Source: Octopus vulgaris | Lineage: Eukaryota | Assembly: GCA_951406725.2 (NCBI GenBank) | Contig: OX597821.1 | Span: forward strand, 91,512,001-91,576,000 | DNA: 64,000 nt | Direction of reading: 5' to 3' | In this document: positions 14,060 through 25,660 of the stretch, in pieces | Layout: every line of letters starts with the position of its first letter | Position numbering within the stretch: the first letter of the stretch is position 1 | Program-made: the position numbers and the translations under genes | The notes under the pieces: generated by a model | Seen by the model: the letters and a program-made list of their open reading frames with translations, nothing else | What the model was told of the DNA's origin: nothing | Database searches by the model: none

Positions 14060-14601
14060 TTTTTTTCTCCTTCTTTACTTACAAGGCCTGAAATTGTGTG
14101 GGAGGACGCAATACGATTACATCAAGTGTTCAACTGGTATTTATATCATCGACCCCCAAAGCATAAAAGGCAAAATTTGAACTCGGAATATAAAAGACAT
14201 TTTACTAAGGATTTTGGCCCAGTGTGCTAACGATTCTTTTCTATTCTAGGCACAAGGCCCGAAATTAGATCGACCCTAGTTCTCAACTGGTACGTAATTT
14301 TTCGACCCCGAAAGGATGATAGACAAAGTCGACCTCAGCAGAATTTGAACTCAGAACGCAAAGACAGAGGAAATACCTATTTCTTTACTACCCACAAGGG
14401 TCTAAACACAGTGAACAAGGACAGACAAACGGATTAAGTCGATTATATCGACCCCAGTGCGTAACTGGTACTTATTTAATCGACCCCGAAAGGATGAAAG
14501 GCAAAGTCGACCTCGGCGGAATTTGAACTCAGAACGTAGGAGCAGACGAAATACCACTAAGCATTTCGCCCGGCGTGCTAACGTTTCTGCCAGCTCGCCG
14601 C
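14060..14601 (-). mobile_element. SINE family A tandem/partial multimer
   Basis: Three successive occurrences of the family A core. Confidence 0.85.
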
Positions 14602-14719
14602 TTTTATGAATATAATATACGGATCTATTTTTCAGAAATGGTGTTATTTATAAAAACGATTTAGTAATAGTTTAGAATGTTGCAGAGAATGATGAAAGGC
14701 TAAAGTATTTACAATGAAT

Positions 14720-15095
14720 GATACATCACTGGATCCTGGATACTGCATGGTTTCCGCGTTGAAGCTCCTAGGAGCTCGTTCACAGGTCCTTTTTCCACTA
14801 GTACAATTAATTTGTCTTGTGTGGTACAACACTTCGACAGTTGTAGCTAATAGTAGCAGACAGGGTCAAATTTTGCAGGAAGTTCCCTCCGGTGTGCGTC
14901 AAGCCTGTTCTTGAAGGCATTGACTGATGGAGCTGCGACTACACTGTTCGGCAGACTGTTCCAGGTGGCGGTCACACGCTGTACGAAAAAGCAGCTTCTA
15001 ATGTTGAGCCTGCAGTGTGATCTTTCCAATTTCAGGCTGTGTCCACTTGTATTTTTTGCCTTGGAAATAGTTGAATTGGGGACGGTTTGTTAGGT
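14720..15095 (-). mobile_element. CR1 LINE 3' fragment (different family)
   Basis: LNIRSCFFVQRVTATWNSLPNSVVAAPSVNAFKNRLD is the canonical CR1 ORF2 C-terminus. Confidence 0.85.
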
Positions 15096-15358
15096 GCAAG
15101 CTATGCGTATAATTATACATGTTGATCATATTCCCACTGAGACGGCGATTTTCATTTGTTTCAATCACCGGATTACGACCATACTGCAGCACCTCTTTAA
15201 AGGGTTTAGTCAGAGAAATCAACCCTAGTAACATGCCTGGCATTTTTCCTATCAGTCTGTTTTGCCAAATTACTAAGTTATAAAGGCGTAAACAACCAAC
15301 ACTGGTTATCAAGCAGTAGGGGACGAACAGGAAACCTATGCACAAACACATACTTGTA

Positions 15359-15390
<32 letters not shown>

Positions 15391-15454
15391 TGTATGTGTG
15401 TGTGTGTGAGTACACATAATAGGTTTCCACACAGTTTCTGTAAAGAAAATTCAT

Positions 15455-15869
15455 AGGAGTGGCTGTGTGGTAAGTAGCTTGCTAACCAACCACATGGTTC
15501 CGGGTTCAGTCTCACTGCGTGGCATCTTGGGCAAGTGTCTTCTGCTATAGCCCCGGGCCGACCAATGCCTTGTGAGTGGATTTGGTAGACGGAAACTGAA
15601 AGAAGCCTGTCGTATATATGTATATATATGTGTGTGTATGTGTGTGTGTTTGTGTGTATGTGTGTTTGTCCCCCTAGCATTGCTTGACAACCGAAGCTGG
15701 TGTGTTTACGTCCCCGCCACTTAGCGGTTCGGCAAAATAGACCGATAGAATAAGTACTGGGCTTATAAAGAATAAGTCCCGGGGTCGATTTGCTCGACTA
15801 AAGGCGGTGCTCCAGCATGGCCGCAGTCAAATGACTGAAACAAGTAAAAGAGTAAAGAGTAAAAGAGTA
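15455..15869 (+). mobile_element. SINE family B
   Basis: Near full-length copy. Confidence 0.92.
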
Positions 15870-15870
15870 T

Positions 15871-16260
15871 ACGCTGCATATATTTTTATAGGGGAAATGG
15901 ATTGTCTGAGAAAGCAATTAAAGTTTCCATCCATTTGGTTTGCCTTTTGGGTAATAGATTAAGAGTTTAGCATTAGTTAACGCTGATGAGAGAACGTTTG
16001 TCAATTTTCTAACAAGTGTTATAAAATATAGTCAAACCTTTTGAAAATAAAGTTTTGATTAATGTTAAACACTCAACAAATTTTACTTGAAAGTTTATTT
16101 GTAGGTAATAAAGAGATTTATTCAGATTTAAGCACGCATCTAGAAAATTAATAACTGTGATGTCTGCATTTGTAGTAATCTTAAATTCGTGGGTTTTACA
16201 ATCCATGGCGTAAGTTTTATTGAATTTTCTTTAATCATTAAGAATTAGTGGGGTGTCATT
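15871..16260 (-). mobile_element. PLE RT fragment interrupted by a pLTR-like insert
   Basis: FKITTNADITVINFLDACLNL...PKRQTKW; duplicated without the insert at 18121-18330. Confidence 0.7.
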
Positions 16261-16393
16261 AAGGTTATAATAGACTCTCACTCGAGGTGCGAAACAGTGT
16301 TTCTGAATATAGCCATGTGTAGATGAAAGAGATTTAAAGTTATATATGTATACATATGGTGACACATATGCTTATATATGTATATATATATAA

Positions 16394-16460
<67 letters not shown>

Positions 16461-16461
<1 letters not shown>

Positions 16462-16745
16462 TCTTTTACTGGTTTCAGCCTTTAGTCGAGCAAATCGACC
16501 CCAGAACTTATTCTTTGTAAGCCTAGTACTTATTTTATCGACCTCTTTTGCCGAACCGCTAAGTTATGGGACGGTTGTCATAAACACACACTTACATATA
16601 TATATATACATATATACGATGTCTGAAAGCTTTGGTCGGCCAGAGGCTATAGTAGAAGACACTTGCCCAAGGTGCCACGCAGTGGGACTGAACCCGGAAC
16701 CATGTGGTTGGTAAACAAGCTACTTACCACACAGCCACTCCTACA

Positions 16746-16789
<44 letters not shown>

Positions 16790-17410
16790 TGTGTGTGTAT
16801 ATTCTTTTATTCGTTTCAATCATTTGACTGTGACCATGCTGGAGCACCGCCTTTAATCGAACAAATCCACCCTAGGATTTATTCTTTGCAAGCCTAGTAC
16901 TTATTCTATCCGTCACTTTTGCCAATCTGCTAAGTTACGGGGACGTAAACACACCAACGTCGATTGTAAAGCGATAGTGGTGGGGAGACAAACGCAGATA
17001 TACAAAGATATATATACATGTATATACGACGAGCTTCTTTCAGTTTCCATCTACCAAATCCACTCACAAGTCTTTGGTTGGCCTTGAAGGGTGTTAGTCG
17101 AACAAATCTACCCCAGGTCTTATTCTTTGTAAGCTTAGTTCTTATTCTATCGGTCTCTTTTCCCAAGCGCTATGTTAAAGTGACATAAACACACCAACGC
17201 CGGTTGTAAAGCGGTGATGGGGGACTAACACCGGCACAAACGCACACATATTTATACGACAGGCTTCTTTCAGTTTCTGACTATCAAATCCACTCAAAAG
17301 GCTTTGGTCGGCCCGCGGTTATAGTAGAAGGCATTTACCCAAAGTGCCTCTCAGTAGAACTGAACCCAGAACCATGTGGTTGGAAAGCAAGCTTCTTATC
17401 ACACAGCCAA
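16461..17410 (-). mobile_element. Cluster of three partial SINE family B copies
   Basis: Repeated family B segments at about 16461-16748, 16801-17085 and 17086-17410. Confidence 0.85.
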
Positions 17411-17517
17411 GCAAATGTGTGAACACAGTTTGGTAGAGTAGAATGTAAGACTGCATTTTTGAAAAAAAATCCCCTTTGCTAATTATAGAATGGATAGAAC
17501 TATCGTAAACGAATCAC

Positions 17518-17930
17518 GCTGGCAGAAACGTTAGCGCGCCGGGCGAAATGCTTAGCGGTATTTCGTCTGTCGTTACGTTCTAAGTTCAAATTCCGCCGAG
17601 GTAGACTTTGCCTTTCATCCTTTCAGGATCGATAAATATAGTACCAGTTTCGCACTGGAGTCGATGTAATCGACTTAATCCCTTTGTCTGTCCTTGTTTG
17701 TCCCCTCTGTGTTTAGCCCCTTGTGGGTAATAAAGAAATAGAAATAGGTATTTCGTCTGTCGTTACGTTCGGAGTTCAAACTCCGCCGAGGTCGACTTTG
17801 CCTTTCATCCTTTCAGGATCGATAAATAAAGTACCAGTTTCGCACTGGAGTCGATGTAATCGACTTAATCCCTTTGTCTGTCCTTGTTTGTCTCCTCTAT
17901 GTTTAGCCCCTTGTGGGTAGTAAAGAAATA
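17518..17930 (+). mobile_element. SINE family A dimer
   Basis: Head followed by two tandem bodies joined at gaaataggtatttcgtc. Confidence 0.9.
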
Positions 17931-18120
17931 AATATTAATCCTGGGTGTACCAAATAATATTCTGTTTCCTAGTTTCATTGATTATGGATTGAGTAGTCTC
18001 TACCCAGTGGTACTGTTTTCTTTCAATCTACTTTTGGACGGAGCATCATCGTAAAATACAGAGGAATTTATTTGTTCATTGGCTAAACGTTTTAAGAGAC
18101 TGCGTGAGATTATTTACTTA

Positions 18121-18330
18121 TGCTGCATATATTTTTAGGGGAAATGGATTGTCTGAGAAAGCAATTAAAGTTTCCATTTGGTTTGCCTTTTGGGTAATAA
18201 AGAGAGTTATTCAGATTTAAGCACGCATCCAGAAAATTAATAACTGTGATGTCTGCAATTTGTAGTAATCTTAAATTCGTAGGTTTTAAAATCTATGGTG
18301 TAAATTTTATCAAATTTTCTTTGCTCATTG
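18121..18330 (-). mobile_element. PLE RT fragment (duplicate of 15871-16260)
   Basis: Direct sequence match by eye. Confidence 0.7.
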
Positions 18331-19524
18331 GGGATTGCGATCATAATGATCTAGCAGGCTGTCATCTCTATAAATGCCCCTCTAACAATGGACAACTTCG
18401 TTTTGCAATTGCATAAATATGTGTACTTATCCAAGTATACTTATACTCAAATATATTTGAAAAAGTAGTTTCATATGAGTTAACCTTTGACTAATCAACT
18501 GATTATGGTATTGAAAGATATGTATGTGTGCGTGTGTGCGTGTGCATGTGTGTGTATGTGTGTGTGTTTGTGTATGTATTCTCGACATGCTACATAAAGT
18601 GTGGTGAATAGTGGATTTTTTTACGATAGAGGGGAGAGAGAGAAAGAGAGAGTGTGTGTGTGTGATTGATTGATTGATTGAGTGAGTGAGTGAGTGAGTG
18701 AGTGAGTGAGTGAGTGAAAGAGCGAGTGAGTGAATGAGTATATTAGAAAAAGAACTAACAAGAAAGAATTGAAGGATTGTTTGACTGTTAGATTTTGGAT
18801 GTATATTTTGTTGCTGATATATAAAAAAAATTCTTCTTTGTTACTGGATAAGATAAACAGTTCCTTCTTTCAAGAGGGCCAGTTTAGATGAGCATTTAAG
18901 AAGTTTGCATAGCAGTCAAGTGGTTTGGGAGAAAATCGCACTAATTGGAACTGCGTGCAAGTGTCTTCTACAATACACTTGCGAGCGAAATTTAGAAAGC
19001 AAAAATCAGCAGAAAGTGCCTCCACCAAGTTTTTACTTTCGTTTTCTATATTTATATGTGTGGGTGTATGAATGAATGTTTATGTGTGTGCATGAATGAA
19101 TAAATATATGTATTTATGTGCATGCATGTGTGAGGTCCTTCAAAATAGAAATCAAACTTAATTTTTAAAATCTTTACTTACAATTAACTCTGAGTAGCCT
19201 TCTCCAAAATAGTTCTCTCCACTATATTTAAACCACTTTCAATGATTCTACGGTATGACAATGCATTGTGGGGTGCATAATTTTCGTAGTCACTTTCATG
19301 TTCTCTTTTACCAGCCAAATTCAATAATCGTTCAAAATATTTTCTGCAACATGGAGAGCAAAACAAAAGTTGTAGGGGTCAAACACAGAGAGTGTAAAAT
19401 GGCAGTGAAGCAAATGACATCATGTGATTTACCACTGATTTACAAGTAGATAATGACTCATGAGTAGGTTTGTGGTGATGGTGTAACATACAAGTTTTGT
19501 TTCTCTATATTTCAAGCCTGTCAA

Positions 19525-19755
19525 GGCGGCGAGCTGGCAGAATCGTTAGCACGCCGGGCGAAATGCTTTGCGGTATTTCGTCCGCCGCTGCGTTCTGAGT
19601 TCAAATTCCGCCGAGGTCGACTTTGCCTTTCATCCTTTCGGAGTCGATAAATTAAGTACCAGTTACGCACTGGGGTCGTTGTAATCGACTTAATCCCTTT
19701 GTCTGTCCTTGTTTGTCCTCTCTGTGTTTAGCCCCTTGTGGGTAGTAAAGAGATA
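19525..19755 (+). mobile_element. SINE family A monomer
   Basis: GGCGGCGAGCTGGCAGAATCGTTAGC head; full body. Confidence 0.92.
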
Positions 19756-20439
19756 TATATCCCAAGCCTATTCTTTCGTAATGCTTCTCTCAAACGCCCC
19801 AGCACATCTAAATAAAGCTACTCTTGACCATCTAAACGCGAAGAACAAACATATGAGGAACATATCAATTCCAATAAAAATAGACAATCAACATCAACTT
19901 TATATTTGAGTGACTTCCAGAAGTTTACAACACCCCTTGAACGATCAAAGAATTTCCGACTAATTGCGTCTGTGGGTTGTTCATCAGTAAGCGGATGTGG
20001 CACACATTTTGCGATTACATGATGCAACCTTAGTTTTTCTTTTAAAATCATGCAACACGAACTTTTAGATTTTTCGGAAATTTTACAGACAGCCAGGAAG
20101 CTCTTTTCACGGACCACAGCACACAACTGCGCAACGTGATTGTCGTGCGTTTTATGGAATGTCGTCTAGATTTATGACCTTTCCTGGTGAATGACCTTTC
20201 CGATATGAATTACTTGTACAACTTCGAACAGTGTAACTCGATCAACAAATTCTCCCTATAACCCCGTTGAAATATTAAAAACGTTTCCCTAAACATTTTT
20301 CTCCATTTTAATACAGACTTTCATACAGACATATCACTTCAACTTGTAGCAAATTGCAATGGGCACAAACATACGTTCATTCCAGCACTCGTAGATCTGG
20401 AATAATATGAACATTACTAGACTGAAGGTCAAAGTCACC

Positions 20440-20660
20440 TACGAGGGGATGCTGAAAAGTTCCTGGTTTTAGGTAAAAGAAAACTGAGGAGGATCGGTTA
20501 ATTATGATTTTATTCAACACATTCCTGTCTCAGATTCACACAATTACTGTTGCAGTCGTTCAGATTTTCTAAGCCCTGTAAAAGATCTTGGAATGTTGGG
20601 CCTCCATCTAGGCCTTTTGAAACACCCTTAAAGCCAGGAATCTTTCAGGGCCCCCTCATA
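20440..20660. mobile_element. Mariner-type MITE (~220 bp)
   Basis: TA-cgaggggatgctgaaaagttcctggtttt ... aaagccaggaatctttcagggccccctca-TA imperfect TIRs. Confidence 0.8.
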
Positions 20661-20749
20661 TATGCAGTATTGTAGTATGGAACACGTTGTGGCAGTTGGC
20701 TAACACACAGTTTTAAAAATTCGGTTTCCTTTTGAATAGGCTTCGTAGT

Positions 20750-21013
20750 GGTTAGTTAGTTAGTTAGTTAATTTTTAGGCTCAAAAAGCAAAAAGCAAGG
20801 CCATGTAGGGGGACATGGAGTTATGTACAGGGTGGTGTTCATGTAAAGAGTTCAGGCCACTTGTGGTCAAGGGAGACTTTGAACCGAGCGGTCGTCGGCA
20901 TCTTCACTATCTCGTCCGGCAGCTTATTCCAAGGATCCGCAACCCGGACGGAGAAAGCCCCTCTCCTTCGATTGAGATGAAATCGTCGCAGATAGAGCTT
21001 TTCGGAATGACCC
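20750..21013 (-). mobile_element. CR1 LINE 3' fragment with (TAAC)n tail
   Basis: Minus frame GHSEKLYLRRFHLNRRRGAFSVRVADPWNKLPDEIV...FKVSLD. Confidence 0.85.
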
Positions 21014-21351
21014 AGTGTCTGAATTATACCGGTGGCACCAATGAAAAATCCGTTTCTTTTTCTTTGTTGGGAGAAAAGAGAATTTACAGTAAAAACAAAC
21101 CCTCAGCCCTCCCTCCAGCGTATAAATTACTTTAAAAAGAAATATTTTAAAAGGGAAAAACGTGAGAAAAAAAGTGGTGTAGGCGTGTAAGCACGTGTGT
21201 GTGATTAATGTGTCTGGCGGTAAGGACAGAACCGGTTTATCAAACAAATTGCTTACTAATATTTGTTCTCGTTACATCACTTTATACCCGAGTCGGATTT
21301 GCCTTTCCTACTCATGAAATCAATAAAAACAATTTACTCAACAAATACTTG

Positions 21352-21629
21352 TTTGTTCCTTCTCTAGCTATGCCTGGCTTGTAAAGGCCGGTTTCCTTGG
21401 CGTATAGGTTCTCCACCTGGACGAGACGCCGGTCCGTCGTAGGTGAGCTGCAAGATGCAGGAGGAAAGAGTGAGAGAAAGTTGTGGCGAAAGAGTCAGCA
21501 TAAGTTCGCCATTATCTTCTGCCGGAGCTGCGTGGAGCTTAGGTGTTTCGCTCATAAACACATCGCTCATAAGCACACATATTGCCCGGTTTGAGTCCGC
21601 TTCTCTAACCACTAGGCCATGTGCCTCCA
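21352..21629 (-). mobile_element. tRNA-type SINE family D
   Basis: GGAGGCACATGGCCTAGTGGTTAGAG head; matches 41337-41640. Confidence 0.85.
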
Positions 21630-22729
21630 CCCAAAAGAAATATTAAAGAAAACAAAACTAGAATCTAAAGGTACAATAATGAATTTGTTTCGAATGACCC
21701 TGCCTAAAACAGCATACATGCATGTATTTGTCGTATCTTAAGCACTTTTAAGAAGAAATATTCTTTTCTTTTGGTTACAGGTATTGGACTGTAACCATAC
21801 TAGAAGACAACCTCTAAGGGTTTTAGCAGGTTATATTGAACCCATTACTTAGCATTGTTCTCCTTATATTTTTGTTAATAAATGGTTGAATTTACTTATT
21901 GATATCTGTCCCTTTTAGGCATTTACCTCACTGTTGTGATATAAATAACTCAAACTATTTATATTATCATGCACAAGCACAAAAATGCGTATGTGTGTTT
22001 GTGTGCATCAGGTTTTCATACACTTTCCAGCTGCCAATTTCCACAATATGAAGCAATAGTCAATATGAAAGCACTTGCACAAGATGCCACATGTTTGGAT
22101 CGATCCAAGGAACACAAAGTTCCAAGGCTAACTTCTTAACCACACAACCATTGTTATTAATAATGGGATATATAATAAGCATATGGTAAACACAGTGAAG
22201 TAGCAGACAGAACAAATTTGAGTACATTGCAACTACCATGATAAAACCATTCAAAGAGTTCTTTACAAATTATCTGTAAGCAGATACAAGTTGATTTGGC
22301 ATTGGTTCCAGTTACAGCTATTGGTCGGTCTTGGAAGGTGTTTGAAAGCTACCCAATTAAACAGACAAGCATTGCTTCAAATGGAAATTAATGATATAGA
22401 CTTACTGCCTGGCTTCTTTAAAAGATGACAGAGACATTTTGTCTCAAGATGTGCCATTCTCATGTAAAAATAATTGCTCATTAACAGTTGTACTAAAAAT
22501 CCGAAAAAGACCATCACCTGTAAACAAACAAATCGGAATCTATATTTTTTATTTAATTTTATGTTTTACATTTCTATTTCTTCATATCTTTTTCCATAAT
22601 ATAAAGCTATACGATGAATTAATTGGAAAATGTTTATTTGTTTATCTGGATAAATGAGAACTACAGACGAATCAAGCTTTTTACCTTAGGGGAGTGCATT
22701 TATTTTTTCAAATGATAGCTACCTTTCAT

Positions 22730-22764
22730 ATATATGTATATATATGTGTGTGTATATGTTTATA

Positions 22765-22838
<74 letters not shown>

Positions 22839-23007
22839 TATATACGCATATATATATACGCATATATATATACACACACACATATATATATACACACACA
22901 TATATATATATACATATATATATTACATATATATATACACAATAATATGTATATATGTATGAATATGTTTATACACCTTTGTCTGTGGAACCCTAGCATT
23001 GTTGTTG

Positions 23008-23041
<34 letters not shown>

Positions 23042-23090
23042 CATCATTATTATTATTATTATCATTATTATCATTATTATTATTATCATT

Positions 23091-23144
<54 letters not shown>

Positions 23145-23156
23145 ATTATTATTATT
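22730..23156. repeat. (TA)n-rich and (ATT/ATC)n microsatellites
   Basis: Seen directly. Confidence 0.95.
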
Positions 23157-23526
23157 TTGAGAAGATTATGAGTTATTTTTGTTTCACTGGAGCACTTAGT
23201 TTATTAACAGTTGCTACTGTAAATCTAAGAATGTTTTTACAAAGTTCCTGGCCATTTTTAGCTTCATGTCAGTTCATCTCAGTACCTTGGTATTCTTGAA
23301 GAGAAATATTGCTTAAGTGGGACATTACATCAAAGTTTGGATTTATTTATCATACTTTAATTCTCTTAAAAGTTTCAGAGAATAGACACTGATTTACTAG
23401 GTCCCTTTTCCAGGCAGTTATGATGTATTTCTAATGTAGGTGCTTTCATAGATAGGTTGTCTGCACAAGTTCTGAGTTGCATGCCTTGAAGTCTAATGTA
23501 TATTATGAAACTAAACGAAACTAAAT

Positions 23527-23934
23527 AGGTGCAGGAGTGGCTGTGTGGTAAGTAGCTTGTTTACCAACCACATGGTTCCAGGTTCAGTCCCACTGCGTGG
23601 CACCTTGGGCAAGTGTCTTCTATTATAGCCTCGGGCCGACCAAAAGCCTTGTGAGTGGATTTGGTAGACGGAAACTGAAAGAAGCCCGTCGTATATATGT
23701 ATATATATATATATGCGTGTGTGTGTTTGTGTGTCTGTATTTGTCCCCCTAGCATTGCTTGACAACCGATGCTGGTGTGTTTATGTCCCCGTTACTTAGC
23801 GGTTCGGCAAAAGAGACCGATAGAATAAGTACTGGGCTTACAAAGAATAAGTCCCGGGGTCGATTTGCTTGATTAAAGGCGGTGCTCCAGCATGGCCGCA
23901 GTCAAATGACTGAAACAAGTAAAAGAGTAAAGAG
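23527..23934 (+). mobile_element. SINE family B
   Basis: Full-length copy. Confidence 0.92.
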
Positions 23935-24697
23935 GTAACAATATAACAAGCAACACCTTGCTTGCAGAACATATAGAATTGACAATTTTGTTAAAAACAA
24001 AAAAAAATCTAGAAACAAAATAGCGAAGTACGAAAAATATTCAACTAGCAACACTAAATTGAAGAAATCCACTGTAAATATCCGTTACGTTCTGAGTTCA
24101 AATTAAGTGCCAGTTGCGCACTGGGGTCTATGTAATCGACTTGGTTTGTTTGTCTGTCCTTGTTTGTCCCTTCTATGTTTAGCCACTTGTGGGTAACGAA
24201 GAAACATAATTTTGTTTAATTCATGGTCTGTCTGACCATGAATCAAGAGACATGCACGAGGTTTATAGCATGGCAAGTAGATAGTTAATTCATATGATAC
24301 ATCTCTTTTGTAGTGTTCACAATATATACACTATCAGCAAGTTATTGCATGATATATTCAATTTTTGCATTGTTTATTCAGTAGCTTCACTCCTTAATAA
24401 TCGTGCTAAGATATCAACTTTTACAGATGAGAACTGAAGTCTGGTCTTCTTAAAATTCCGGGAATGAAATTCATTGCATCTTTTTTATGAGTGATTTGAA
24501 AATAAGGAACAGCAGAGCACCAGAATTACTATAGTTTCAGACTAAATACGTAAGAATATTTTGCTTCTTTGATATTTGAATGTGGTGTATAACTGCATCA
24601 TATTCCAAACTTTTTCTTTTTCTTGTTTCTCCTTCATTGGCCCACCAACAAAGGACATATTTGCATAAGTTGCTAGAGGACCCTGTTTTATACAATA

Positions 24698-25086
24698 CTA
24701 GCAGTATCGCCCGGCGTTGCTCGGGTTTGTAAGGGAAATAACTATAAAGCATTTTTAGAGAGTTATAGCCAAAAAATAGCAAAAAAATGCATTAAAAATG
24801 GAAAAAATATGATGGTAAATTTTTTTTTAAATCGTTGACTCATCGTAGACATTTTTAGAAAGTTACTTCCCTTTAAAAAAATATGCCTTAAAATGGAAAA
24901 AATGATGGTAAATTATTTTTAAAATCGTAGACTCATCGTAGACGTGTGCTAATACCCAGAAGGGCTCGATATGAATCACGACTATAAGATACCCACTTTT
25001 GGTTACACTGCACCGAAAAATGTGGGAGTAGTTAGGAATCTAAATCGTAGGAGACAGACACACCACTTCACTTTTATATATAAAGA
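24698..25086 (-). mobile_element. Non-autonomous Helitron (389 bp)
   Basis: Minus strand A|TCTTTATATATAAAAG ... CCCGAGC-AAC-GCCGGG-cgatactg-CTAG|T: 5' TC, 3' CTAG, subterminal hairpin, A|T target. Confidence 0.85.
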
Positions 25087-25600
25087 TTATGCATTCTATA
25101 TTTTATACACTTATGAGTTAGAAAACTATGGGAGGTACTTGATACCCTGACCAATGCAATGAAAATTCTGTGATCTGTTTGTAGTTCCAAGGAAGTTTTG
25201 ACTTGTGCTGGACTTGGGCTATAGTGAAGTAAAGGGTATAAAGAAAAGTAAAATTTCTGAAGGGGCTTCTACCAACTATTTTCCAGAACAGTTCATCTGC
25301 CACTATCTCCCTTTTCTGAGTGCCTATCTTTCAGCTGTATATCCATGAAATGTCTGCAACTAGTTGTGCACCACCTTCTGCCAATAGCATTGGCAGGCTG
25401 GCTAAAAGAGTCTGAGGGCAGCCAATGAATTTTAAATTCTAAGTAAAATTCTTTATGGGCTTTCACTCTATGCATGTGAAGACTGGATTTCCAGTATAGT
25501 ATGCAGAGGAAAACCAACCATAAATGGCCAAATTTCCATTGGCAAAAAGTGGATAACCAGTAGCAACTCTGTGAAATGCATTCTACAAAGTATGGTGTTA

Positions 25601-25658
<58 letters not shown>

Positions 25659-25660
<2 letters not shown>

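Larger units (their letters stand above)
19129..20747 (-). mobile_element. Decayed mariner element with nested SINE and MITE
   Basis: ILKEKLRLHHVIAKCVPHPLTDEQ (WVPH-like linker). Degenerate TIR pair gaggtccttcaaaatagaaa...tttttaaaa (19132) and ttttaaaaattcggtttccttttgaataggcttcgta (20711-20747). Confidence 0.7.

Noticed and set aside
23160-23500. Possible R4/Dong-like endonuclease relic next to (ATT)n
   Set aside because: Motifs too decayed to support a call.
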